Source: Trichoplax adhaerens (taxonomy: Eukaryota > Animalia > Placozoa). Taken from it: a stretch of DNA of 64,000 bases. How positions within the stretch are numbered: position 1 is the first letter of the stretch; each line of letters opens with the position of its first letter. The stretch lies in NCBI RefSeq assembly GCF_000150275.1, contig NW_002060946.1, forward strand, positions 2,189,454 through 2,253,453, in the 5' to 3' direction. Position numbers and translations under genes: made by a program. The notes under the pieces were generated by a model that worked only from the letters and a program-made list of their open reading frames with translations, made no database searches and was not told where the DNA came from. Positions 13,549-26,359 of this stretch are shown piece after piece.

Positions 13549-16500
13549 TTACGGTGCACACCGCCAAGAATATAACTGTTGCGCCGGATTTTCCATATCT
13601 TGTTTAACGGAATTGACGGATACCCTTTTAATACATCCATGAAAACCTCGTACTACTTTTATAGATGCACTGACAGGAAGGAAGGTATAATCAAAAACGC
13701 CACCAATATAAGGTGCATAGTTGAAAAATTCATTAAATGTTAATGTTCGACCAAGATTTGCAGATTGAGTTCGTCCATTTACAGTTACCGTCAAGGTCTC
13801 CCGCGATACATTTGCCGTTGCTATGTAAAGTAGTAGTAAAATTTGATTTTAATTAACAAAATCGTAATTTTATTACACAAATAAGAATGATAATAAAGAT
13901 CCTTACCATGATACCAATTTTCAGGTTCTACATCAACGCTCGATTTCACCCGGAGGCTACCTTCCCGTTGTAGGAATAGTGCCTCTAACTTTTTTTCATG
14001 TAGATATAAAAGTAACGACGTTTGTTCTATGATCTCTTCGTAACCATTATTTAGAAAAAATATCAAGCCATCCTTTACTGTTGTTCCAGCAGGTTTAAAT
14101 CTCAAGCTTACAATGTATGTACTTTCAATGCGTTGTGGAGTGTGCCTAATCTTTACATATCCTTGACCACTACTATTAAAGGCCGCGGAGTAAGCGTCAT
14201 CTATTTGAGAATGAAAGAACAGTGATTTTCAGTCAATGAGAACCATTCGCCAACGTTTACATTAGATTAAAAAATTCTGTAAGCAACACTAACCCTTTGT
14301 AATAGTTTCGCTCCATTGACCATATACTGTTCCTACTGCGTTTGTTGCAGTAAGCCGTAAGATATAAGCTGTATTACTTTTAAGAGAGGTAAGGTGGTAG
14401 TTTTGAGAATCAAGCGGTATCGTTCGCTTGTAACAGACATTGCATGGTCCCGTTATCAAGGTATCCGAAGAGCTATTCCTTTCAGCGTATTCAACAACGT
14501 AAGTGATTAGTGCCTTATCATAGCCTCCAGTATAAGCAACTGGCTTCCATGTAACGTTAACAGTGAAAACGCCAGGATTAACTTCAAATGGTAACAGATT
14601 ACCAGGAAGACCTATTAAATGATTGATATAAGGTGTACAAGCATATTAATTAATAATAAAATATATAATCGGTAAAGCCATATCAAACTATTACCTTTGG
14701 TTGCCATATAAGTAAAATCGGAAAAACTCCTGCCAGCTTTATTTTCGGCAACAATTCTGACCATATATGTTGTATTTTGTCGTAAATTTGGAATAGAAAT
14801 TAATTCATTGTTTGAAGTCCTAATAAACTGACAACTTCTGCATACATTTCCCGCGCCAATATTGGTCCCTCTAACGTAAATTTGATACTCTACATAATAT
14901 GTTACATCATTTAGTGGGTACCCTCCATTTTTAGTTATAGGTCTCCATGACACTGTCGCTACCCTGACAGTAGTAATAAAATTTCGAATCTGAGGTCGTT
15001 CGGGCACTCCTTTTTGTATAGATGTAATATTATGGATGAGTAAGTTGCATGTCTACGCAGGTTTAGTCATAATTGCTATATCAGTGAAATAGAAGTATGC
15101 ATACATTTCATAATCCGATTACCTTTTGTTGTCATTAATTGCCATTCAGAGTAGCTTGATCCAGCTTTATTGATAGCAATTAAACGTACGCTATACGTTG
15201 TATTAGTATTTAGTCCCACTATCATATGTGAGTGATCAGCAGGGTTCACAGCACTTTGTAGGCAATCCCCACAAGCTACATTTTTTGGAAGACTTTTGCT
15301 ATCCCATTTCTGATATTCTAATCTATACTCTACTTCACGTAGCTTATAATTACCATTGAATGTAACAGGATTCCAGGAAATAGTCGCAGTATTAGGAGCA
15401 GTCACTATTTGACTTATGCTAGCTTTATCTGGTTTTCCTGATGACAAAAACAAACAGAAGTACAAATGTAATGCGTACTGAAGTATGTGGTGGAGTAAAT
15501 AGTAAATTAAAATTAAACTATAATACCTTTTGTCGCAAATGTTTGCCATTTACTATTTGATTCCCCTAATGGGTTTTCAGCTATAAAGCGATATCTATAA
15601 GTAGTATTCTCCTTTAAATTCTCAATTAAAACATTTCCTTTCAAATCAGGAAGTTTCACAATTTTGCAATTTTGGCCACAATTTTCTGGATCACTTGCTA
15701 ATGTCAATTGTAGATATAAGAAGTAGTCTCTGAAATCGTATCCTCCATTATGAGTGATATTTCCGTAAGATATCTTGGCGTTGTTATTCTCGATTATCAT
15801 TCCAGAGACTAGAGGTAAATCTGGATGACCTTCAATTTAGAATAATGTATAAATATTAATTTGATTTATCAACTGATGAAATGTTAAAGGCACACTAAAA
15901 TCGTTAGTACTTTTATGCTAAGCAATCATTAAATTAAATGTTATAAATAATGTAATTAGAATACTTATGAAAAGCCGTTTAGATACACTAATAAAAAAGT
16001 GCAAGCGCTACCTTTTGTTGTAAAATGTTGCCAGTCACCGTACAGAATTGATTCCTCATTATTGTTCAATATGACCAGAACTCGAAGCACATACTTAGTA
16101 TGGCCTTCCAACGATAAAATTACAACAGGAGATCTAGTCAAAGGAGCAGTAAGTTGACATGTTCCGCAAGTACCAGAACCAATGTTTGCATTGCGAAAGT
16201 TTTCTTCTGTAGTATACTGAATTAGTGTTTGTCTGTTTGAATCTGGACTGGCCGAATTTCCACTGTACTGCCACCAAATAGTAGCGGTTTTAGAGGTAGT
16301 TTCAATCGCCGATAACTTAACATTGGTATCTAAATAAGATTATTTAAATAAACGTTACTATACATACGGTAATACTGCTAATGGATTAAAAACGGCCAAT
16401 TAAAACGATATACCCTTTATGATGTTATTATGTTAGGTTAATTTAGCTTAAATATTATTGTGATTAGTACTTGTTGTTAGTTCACGAGTTACACGCTTCT

Positions 16501-19500
16501 TCTGGTTAGTTAAAATTAGTTTTTCGTTCCGGTAATTTGATGGCAATAATTTAGAATGTGAAGGTAAAATAATATCACAGTTGGGGCCACCCCAGCCTGG
16601 CATGCAATGGCAATCGCTGCCATATTTACAAAAACCGTGTTCTATTGTAGATTCAAGTGTGGTAGATTTGGTTGAAAGATTAGGTATTAGTTGTTATTTA
16701 TGTCAAGTTAGACACTGAGAGTTGGTTTGATATAATTGTAAAGATGAAGTATATTATGAATCGAACTGCTAAATAAAAAATATAAATATAATTTAACGCA
16801 TACCAGAACAGCCTGGGGATATTTTACATTCATTACATGACTCTCCTGTCCATCCGATATCGCAGCTGAGTAAAATAAATAGCGGATTATTACAATCGTA
16901 TTTGATAAAAGCCATAAATTTTAAAATTATTCCTCATTAACGGTAATGCTTTGATCATTCTATGTCTTACTTGCACTTGCTACGATTACCAAAGCAGTTT
17001 CCATGCGCTTCGTTGCACGAGACACCACATATAGCTAGTAGTAATTACACTTTATTTACTATATCATTATAATAATGCAACACAATTTATTGCAATCATC
17101 AAACTGGTGATATACTTACGAGTTTCACAGAAGAAGCCTGTATAGCCTGGATAGCAAGAACATGGATTTCGTTCGGTGATAGCACCATTTCCTAAAAAAT
17201 GATAGTAAAAATAGTATGCAGTGAATATAGAAGGATTTATGTAGTCACATATACAGATATCGAGAAGATCCAATTACATACTGCAATATCTTCCTTTATC
17301 AAGTCGATCGCACAGAATACCAGCCCATCCGCTTTGACATCTATATCATCATGGTTAAATAAATTTATAAAATTTAATGCTACTACTGTTCGAATCACTA
17401 CAGATTAATAGTTAGTCTTTGGCCTTGTATGCTTTTATGTACGATATTAAGATATTTGTAACGTACCTGCACTCGTAAGGTTGGCTGCAAGTACCTTGCT
17501 TGCATCCGGTTCGACAAACAGCTGAATAGTAACGATATTAAATAAATAATTATGAATCTACATAAACTGAATAGATTACGAATCAACATTCATAAATTTA
17601 AAAAATGATAAACAGACCAGTTAACAGTGTTAAAAGCAAGATAGTAAATCGCAGTGATGCATTTTGCTATATAAAGCAATGATATCGAATGTACATAATT
17701 TGCCCAATTTTTTTGTAACATTTACGATCTTTTATATTAGTTAATTGTAATAAAATTTTGAATTGAGTTCCAGCCATTCTGTGTAAGCAATAATACTAAT
17801 TTGTTATATTTTAATGTACAAATAAGAGAATGTATGCAAATACTAGCTAAATGCGCCTTCTGTTTTTCTAATAAAGTTATTACTTCTGATTTACGCCGTT
17901 GGCGCCTTAAAGAACTACAATAAGAGTACAATATAAAAAATATTACGTTGAGGAATACTCAAGCAAAGAAAGTAGCGCACTGTAAATTTCACAAGTATAA
18001 TAACGCAAAGCATTGAATGTAGAAATTTTTAAAGATAGCTGAGGTTAACAATGAATAAATTATTAATTAGTTGTTTATTTTTTATCTATAGGAGGCTATT
18101 GTACCTTGATCGCATCGACTGCCCCGATAACCCAGTACACATCTATTCTCGATCGTGAGTCGCAAGCTAGCAAACAGGCCCCGTCCGGTTAGATCATACC
18201 TTTTGCCGCCTTCAATTCTAATAAATCGATACATGCGGATCAATGATGCTGTATTTAAGCGTTCGGCGTAGACACTTAGTTGGAAGAAGTAATCCTAGCC
18301 AAGAAATAACTCGAAGTTAATGTTGTCGTCTAGTATTGCATAGGTCACAAAAACGCTGCGAGATTTTTACCAGATAATTTATGCTTTCTTTACGAAATTA
18401 CCAGGTCGTTAATCGATAAAAGTACACATACTATACTATTGCTAACAGATTCTGTATTCCTTTGCATAATTATAATTATCATATTGAAGTGTAAAGGATC
18501 ATCAAATGCACATGTATTTGCACCAATTAGGTTGGCAAAAGGAATACTACAACATTGCATAAAACAATGTGGAATTCTACATACAGCACTATGCATTCAT
18601 GCTGAATGATATATAAGCCATTCACATTACGTACTACGCTTATAAATTGCGAATAACTCCTATATTTATCTGTATATTCGTATACCATTCAATAAGTTAA
18701 TTTTTCAATTCTTAAATGGTAAACAGGCCGATATTCATAGCAACTAATATATTACTAAGATATAATTTTAGATCATCACAGATTTATATTTATCTTAAAA
18801 TATAAGTTCTATTTATGACAATATGATCAATAACAGGGAGCACTAATTTTTCGGCCTGTAATAAAGCTTTAGTAAACTATTCTATTCTACATTTATTTCT
18901 TGTCGTTAATATACAATATACCGTAGTCTTTGCTAGATACTGTAAATGTTATTACTATCTAGGCGCAGAGCTAATCTTGTCGACTGAGAAAAGTAAGCGA
19001 ATTTTAATAAAAACTGAATTTCATTTTTTTTCTACGCTATTCAAACTGCTTCAATAGTTAATCTGACACCGAAGTATCGCACATAGTATACTACATTCAG
19101 GGCACACGTACTGCCAATGCCCGACATTATTTGCAGCCGCAAGTAAAAATTCTTTATAATCTAAATGTATAGCTTCTTGGATTATGTATAACAATGTACA
19201 GCAATTTGGCATTGTTTCGAGTAAAAAGAAATGAGTATCACGCTGTCATCAGTACTATACAGTATAAATCACAGGAGTGCGGAACTGTGAGTTATTATCT
19301 AATTTCCACAGTTTTATAAAATAGCTAATTAATTTAATTCATCTTACCGATTTAGTATCGACATTTTGTAATTTCATAATCGGCTGGTCCGGTGAAAAAT
19401 TAATTTCTTCACCTCCGGCGATAGGTTTTCGGACTCTTGTACCAGCAACACATGAAAAGTCGTATAATTGTGTACTTAAGCACACATCAAATATGTAAGT

Positions 19501-20163
19501 GCAATTTCCTTTGGGTTGACATGTTCGTTGAAGGGCAATAACTTGATTCGGATTAGAAAATTTTACAAAATTAACCACTAATTCCATTCGGCTCTGCGCG
19601 GAGACATGCTAAAATCCATCGGGAACAAAAGGGAGGAAAATAATCTTTAGAAAGTCATCTTTGATGATAAATTTCAATCTATTAATGGTTAGACAAAATT
19701 AATGCCGGCACATATATAAAAAAAAGCTTAAATTCATTATATGCCAGCAGACTTTACGGCGGTTTAAATAAATGAAATTTTAAGAGTAAATTTAAAAGGT
19801 GATGCAATCGGGAACAAAGGGAACATGATTTTCAAAAATAGAACGACGATATAGACAATAGACGTTCACACAGAATAAAAAAATTTCGATGGGTTATATA
19901 ATTTCCGTTAATGTAATAACGTTTGCCTTTCTGTTATTGAATTAGATATGAAATCTTTAATAATGCGGTTATTAAATCTCATGTTAACAAAAACTATTAA
20001 TGAATGATTGTATCGATCTTTCATTTAACTTAATTATCGTCGATTGACGTAGACATTGGATCTTGTATTGTACGTAGAAATAGCATTCAAAGTTATTATT
20101 TCAAATTACCTTAACTGGCAAGCTTAATATCAGAGTAGACAATAGGAGGATAAGGAACTTCAT
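13549..20163 (-). CDS. Cluster gene A: secreted Delta-like-head protein (SP - MNNL/C2 - reduced DSL - 4 EGF - 5 FN3 - laminin G)
   Basis: Exons (approx.): 20163-20110 (MKFLILLLSTLILSLPVK); 19608-19348 and 18295-18105 (C2, ending CVLGYRGSRCDQ); EGF exons 17521-17467, 17340-17283, 17191-17121, 17034-16971, 16865-16804, 16641-16471; FN3 exons 16329-16012, 15830-15527, 15439-15123, ~15009-14694, 14611-14294; LamG 14200-13907 and 13820-13549 (GLIFF..WYH..TVNG..YIGG..GFHGCIKRVSVN..C). GT-AG, phase-consistent; no TM helix. Confidence 0.85.
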
Positions 20164-20857
20164 TGTTTGATTACTATCTCAGTCTTGGAATCCAATATGA
20201 AAGTTTATCAGTCGATTCTAGATGATATTCTAGGTTACCTAGCAATAAAACGCAATCAGTTTCAGACAATGGCCAATTTATATAATAGTTTTTAAGGACC
20301 GCAGCTTAAGGATGAAATGATGTTTTTCTTTTAAGCGCTGTCACCTTTTTGATTTCTTGATCTGTAAATAATATCGTTACGATACTGTACTATATACAGT
20401 TATTTTAAGCAACAAAGTCAATAACCTCTAAATTTTTGTTTACATAGTATTTGATCACTGTTGTACTCTACGGTAGTTATTCCGTCATTTATAGTTGTGG
20501 CGTCATAAACGTACGCACAACTCGTAACATGAAATTGATTACTAATAGAAAATTTATGGATTTCTGATAGGTCACAGTACTCGATGTTATCTTATAATTA
20601 ATTCTTAGTATAAACAGTGGTTGAGTTGGAAATCCTTGCGTTTAGCGTATAGAAAGAGTACTATAAGGAAAATATGATACGATAATGTCTATTCTGGTAC
20701 AAGGTCTAATCAGTCAATCGGCGCGAAGGAACTAAACGTATCAGCGGGCGTGTAACAAGTTTCATGAAGTCAAATGTCCCTCAAAATTTAAAAGTCATAA
20801 GTCACTTGATATCAGCAAATCAGCTGGATAGAGTGTCATCATGATCTGCCACCATAC

Positions 20858-20892
20858 GTACTGTACACTGTACAGTACAGTACAGTACAGTA
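20858..20892. repeat. (CAGTA)n / GTAC-type pentanucleotide microsatellite
   Basis: GTACTGTACACTGTACAGTACAGTACAGTACAGTA; similar tracts at 23325-23360, 23650-23718, 35080-35096, 35198-35235 and 36008-36030. Confidence 0.9.
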
Positions 20893-22649
20893 TTACGGCA
20901 CCTCTAAATTAAGATTGTACGTACAGTACACTGAGTTATAGAAATTACTAGTAATTTCTAGTAGTCTATGACTCAGTCTATGAACGAGAGCTTTTTAAAA
21001 ATTTCAAGTTTCTAATGCAAAAATAGAGTCAAAATTTAGGCGGTAATCACAGCGACACATTTATACAGTATTGCACATACCCTAACTAGAAAGTGATGAC
21101 GACAATAGACTAAATCATACTGTGCTGTAGTTCGACCTATTTCATATCCCTATTCGTAGGCCGAAAAATTCAATTCGCGCACACGATGATAGTTACTTGG
21201 CCTGTTGAATCACTATCAACAGACTCTTTTTTTTGTCCCTAATCGCAACATGTGTCATCGTTATAAAATTTACCATCCAATGTTTCTAATAAATTAATCA
21301 GTGTGGGCGGTTTCCACATATGGAATCATCAAATCCAAAGCTGACGACTACAGCAATCAATCGTGTGTTATTATTTATTTTTTATTTATTTTCATACAGT
21401 CATTTAATAGTATAATAATGAGAATTCTAAAGCTGATATACGTTCTCCACATTTCAACATGTCGATAAGAAGGAATTTTACTCCACTGATAACAACGAAA
21501 CGTTGTTCAATTCGTCTTGCTAATCCAATAAGCAGCAAGCGCGCGTTTTATATCAGGGATCATCTAGTCGTTAATCTTTCAATGAACTTTGTCAACATAC
21601 GTGTTTTACATACTCGACATACCGTTCGTATCCTTTGTTTACTAATTTCGCGGGATACTTACGTAACGTACTTCCTACCAGTGACCACACTATGGTCATG
21701 CAGTACCATATAACGTAGGGCTAGGTAGGACATAATTACTGTACGCAGTGTACGGTACTGTCAATGTGGTCGTGACTCAGTGAGTAGGCGTGCCCAATGA
21801 CCACATATACTCAGTGTATGTACAGTATATATACAGGCTAATACAGCACAGTACATACTTTACTTTACAGTAAGTGAACTGCAACTGGTTTGACTCAACC
21901 GTGCCATTAATTATACTGTACTGTATGTTAATTTGAAGTTCTTTGTAAAAAAAGCTGCTAGAGTACTATACTCTATAATCAATCACATTATACCATACTG
22001 TACATAGAGAAATTGATGACTGTGAAAGTGAGAATTTTTTCCATGCTTGGCCAAAATAAAAGTGCTTGATACTCCATACCCTTCAATCTTTTAGACACTG
22101 TCACATAGTTGCTGCCAAAGAGTACACATTTAAATCCTCTATTTTGCAAGCATAATTCATCTTTTTAGATTTAATACAGTATCTGTACATACTGTACGTT
22201 GTGTCTTTAGTGTTTGGCCAACTGAATAATCGGTCAAGTCAATGAAGTGTATATTGGATTATTGGCACGCAACGGTAAACAATTTGCTTTCACCATAGCT
22301 GCATGTACGCGTACAATATGTATCGCCCGGTCATCTTTCAACATTTGCAGCTTTCAAAAACAACTAAAAAGTAGAATATCTTTCTATGCCATAAAATTTT
22401 CAACATCTAAAGCTAAATAGTATAGGTAAAAATAGACTATACGCGGGATAAATCAATATACCAGTAGAAGAAGAATTGCGCTGAATGGCACAATTACACC
22501 CTTCTAACCCTCAACTCCACTACTGTATTAGGGTAGTATACAGTACTGTACTATATCATACGGTGCTTGGACTACTGTTGGCTGGCGGGTTCTCTTTGTA
22601 CCGTATTGCACTTAGCCACTGTTTGAAGCAAGCCGGCGGTATAACAATT

Positions 22650-22690
22650 ACAACAATAATAATAATAATAATTATAATAATAATAATAAA
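22650..22690. repeat. (AAT)n microsatellite
   Basis: Directly visible AATAATAAT run; it explains the poly-Ile in ORF 22485-22727. Confidence 0.9.
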
Positions 22691-23249
22691 CGCAAAGAAA
22701 TGTTTAGTTCACTATGTTTTAGTATAAAATAAGCCTTCTTCAAAAATCCAATGAAATGTGTTAAAGGATAAATCAAAGTTAGCTTATACTGCAATTAATT
22801 CCGTGAATCCACTATCACTACAGAAGACAAGAAAAAAATGTCTTGAAGCGTATCACTATTTACTGAAACAGATACATTAACCAATTTGACGTTTGGCGCC
22901 GTATACAGCAGTCAATTTTTTAATACGCGCATTGATAAAAAAGGTAGGCCTAAAATGTGCTACCCTACAAAGCAATAGGGAAATAAATAAAAACAAAATA
23001 AATTAAAATATTTTTTACCTTGATATAAATTTCAATCAATGTATCTCGATCTGTCAAACTTGCTTGAGTCAAGCCACAAGGAATTCAACAGAAATGATAT
23101 CTGAAAGAGTGCGGAATAAGGCCAAGAAGAAAAAACGCCTTAGGAAAAGTTCATGAAAAATTAAAGTGTTGTCGTTTCTGCGATTTTACTAATTAACCAC
23201 AGATTGTTACTATGCCGAAAATAAAATAGAGAATGAATTAGATTGGACT

Positions 23250-23600
23250 ATAAATAGTACGACCGTCTCCGTACGGTACGGAAGCGTCTCGGCTTCACGT
23301 TGAATGGCTATTGTTTCGTTAATTGTACGTATACAGTACAGTACAGTACAGTACTGTACAATCTTTAATGTTCGCTAGCATACACTACTATGTACCGTGC
23401 ACTACGGTACTAGACTTAGTAGGCCGGTGGTGGACGGTTCTGTAATCGTAGTAAAATACCACGTGCACGTGGGTGTCGTAAATACTGGACGAGTTATACG
23501 ATTCACTAGTTCAGAAGAGATTCGGCATTGACAGCTTCCCTTACTCTCACTCACTTAGGCGGAAATGGCGTTTTGCGCATGATGCTTTACCTGCACAGGA
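23250..23600. promoter_or_regulatory. Putative promoter/enhancer island between divergent genes A and B
   Basis: Locally CpG-richer. Perfect palindrome CCACGTGCACGTGG (two E-boxes) at 23459-23472, CGGAAG at ~23279 and GCGGAAATGGCG (ETS/YY1-like) at ~23559-23570; flanked by CAGTA tracts. Confidence 0.35.
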
Positions 23601-26359
23601 TTGATTTGTTTACTAACAGTCTGTTGCGAATTTGCGATAGTCGCAGATCGTACAGTACAGACTGTACAGTGACAAGTACTGAATTCATCAGACTGAGTAC
23701 AGTACTGTACAGTACTGTTTTAGGTAGTATTTAACCGGGTCATTTCCTTGAAGTGGTCAGTATTGTACTGTACATTTAGTGTACAACTTGATCCTTTTTT
23801 TTTACAGTTAGTTCTAAGAGAAAGAAATAACAGCTTGAACACCTTAAATTAAAAAGCTGAAAAGGCAGCAACGTAGTTTAACTATGGTTTACTGTGCCAT
23901 ACAACATAGCACTAGAAAAAGCTGAAGAGTAAAGACGTTTACAAAAATTGATAAACGAGTAGTTTCTAGCTATCTTAAACACTGTACACTGTACAGTACT
24001 TGACCAGAGTGTGAATACTGAGCGTCAAAAGTCAACGGTACGAAATCTGTATTTTACATGGCGATTTGCCATACTGAAGTACTAACCAATACGTGACAGT
24101 ATAGGGCGTATGGAAAGTCATTTGCGATTCGTAAGTCAAATACCACCAAATTCGCCAATGACTTTTCACACAATTTTACTGTAATCGTATGTATATTGTA
24201 TAATTGTATGTTGTATTGAGTTATTCTATATACATAGAATAGAATTAGCAATCAGATTATTTCGGTTAGACAGTATACTATACTGTATACATTATTCCAT
24301 TTATACTAGATGCCTACTAGACACAATAGTATAGCACGACCGAGAACAACAACAACCGTTGTAGTCAACGCCTATTTACCAGTATGAATAAAATTTGCAA
24401 CTCCTTAAAGACCACAGGTAGTAATCTCTCGGCATTAGTTTCTTCATTACAGTACAAAGTTATGCTTTAGAGCGCTTAAAAAGAAACAAAGTCAAAAACA
24501 AAATATAACGACGTTTATGGTTAGCTCTTTTAGCAATACACGGTATAAATTGGAAAAGGAATCTCAAGTAGCGATAGCCGGTTTTACAAGCCAGCAGATT
24601 AAATAGGGTTCTCCATTTCTAAAATCGTGTACAGTACACATGTAAACTGCATAGATCACTAATTACGCTAACTTGAAGTCGACAATTTTTTTTATTTTTC
24701 GGACAAAAGCTGCACGCTGCATGCCCGAAAGACAGTGCTAAAAACAGTACAATATGACAACCACCCGCTGACTGTCCTCTGGGCAACGCATGTTGTACTG
24801 TATATACTCGGAACTGGCTACATGATGCACATAAAATTACAGTAAAGTGATCCATTCTAATGGAATCACAGTACGGTTTATTAATACGATTACTGCTTTA
24901 TATTACCGTCCATACAACTATCTAGAATTCTTCCGATTTGCGATTTGAACAAGGAAATCTTGCAAACAAACCCGTCTAGTTTAAAGGAAATAGCACAACT
25001 AGCATATAATATAAACACTATCATCGCGGAATAAAAGCTGCCGTAGGCAGGCATAATGAACAGTCTACAAACGAAAGATTGACAGTATTGTGCCTATTAT
25101 AGAATTTATTTTCGTAAAAGGAGAAATAAAGACCAACAACGCAGTCATGCGGTTATATTAAATCCTTGAATTGAACCTTCTATAAAAGTAAAATACCACG
25201 TAACTATCACATTGGTAAAAACGAGTAGACCCACAGCTCATGATACTTCGCGCACTTGTTTATTGACAGTGAGGGGAATATTTCAGTATATGGATACTCT
25301 ACTACCAGCTTTTAGTAGCTATTGCTTACTACTTGATATCAACTTATTGTACAGCAAGCTATAGTAAATTCATAAAAAAATTTTTCAATTCCTACCGAAT
25401 TTAGATACAGTTACATACGTCTAGGAGTGATACTAAGATTTGAATTAGAAAAATTAATATTTAAACGTGGGTATCAATTAATTCTATATCAAATTATACC
25501 CGTATTTTGCATTGTATGCAACAGTTTAAAATTATCTAGTGTTCGAGATATACTAAATATACAGTATGTGCGTAAGAGTAAGTAGCATATAATTAGAACT
25601 ATAATTATATACTATATCTACAGTACGTACTTTCTATGAGTGTACAGTAATATAATTTGTATTGCACAATTTATATCAGCTGAAGTAGCCAGTTTGCTAG
25701 ATTTTGCATTTATCATCGTGGCTAGATCAGGGATTTTAAGACGTCCCTGGATAGATGAAGACTACGATCCCTTAACAATTATTTTCTATATTCTACCATA
25801 TAATGAAATAGAACACAAATTTTGTTACGTAATCTTTTAATCCTTAAAATAATATACAACACGGTACTTTCGTATAGTACACGTCTATACTTGTGATGAA
25901 TTTTCGCCGATGTCGTAGGCAAGAACTTTGATTTCTCCCTAAACTTCGCGTAAATACAAGGAATAGTTTTCAACCGATGGGCACTTACAAGATAAAATCT
26001 TACAGTCTAATTTACAAACGAGATCCTTTTCGGGCTATAGTACAAATTAAATTTTAATTCATAGTTTCATTCTATCTTGATCTCTGTACTCCAACTGACG
26101 TCAGGCACCTCCTAGGCTGAAGAGATTTTCGATAGGCGCTGGGTAATACTTGAGGCGGGCCCTAAGAATTTGCACTTCTCTCCCTCCTGACTGAAAGGAA
26201 CAGTTAATTACTAAAATCTACGTGTGCACGGCTAACAGACTAAATCATATGAAAGAAGTGTCGGCATAATCAATCCCTATTTAGACAACCGAAATTGGTT
26301 ATTAAATTATTTGTAGATTAAAAGATCAATTTGCTTAATTATAATTACCACCTTAATCA

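Noticed and set aside
13821-13906. Frameshift or pseudogenisation in the gene A LamG domain
   Set aside because: The break between the two ORFs is a normal ~86-nt phase-1 GT-AG intron.
21459-25973. Several 60-85 aa ORFs in the A-B intergenic region
   Set aside because: No recognisable domains; content is driven by CAGTA/AAT repeats and AT-rich chance ORFs.
26100-26192. tRNA-Leu-like element (GTCAGG...AGGCGCTG...CTCCTGAC)
   Set aside because: The ends can pair, but there is no GTTCRA T-loop, D-loop GG or anticodon arm; at most a GC-rich patch near the gene B start.
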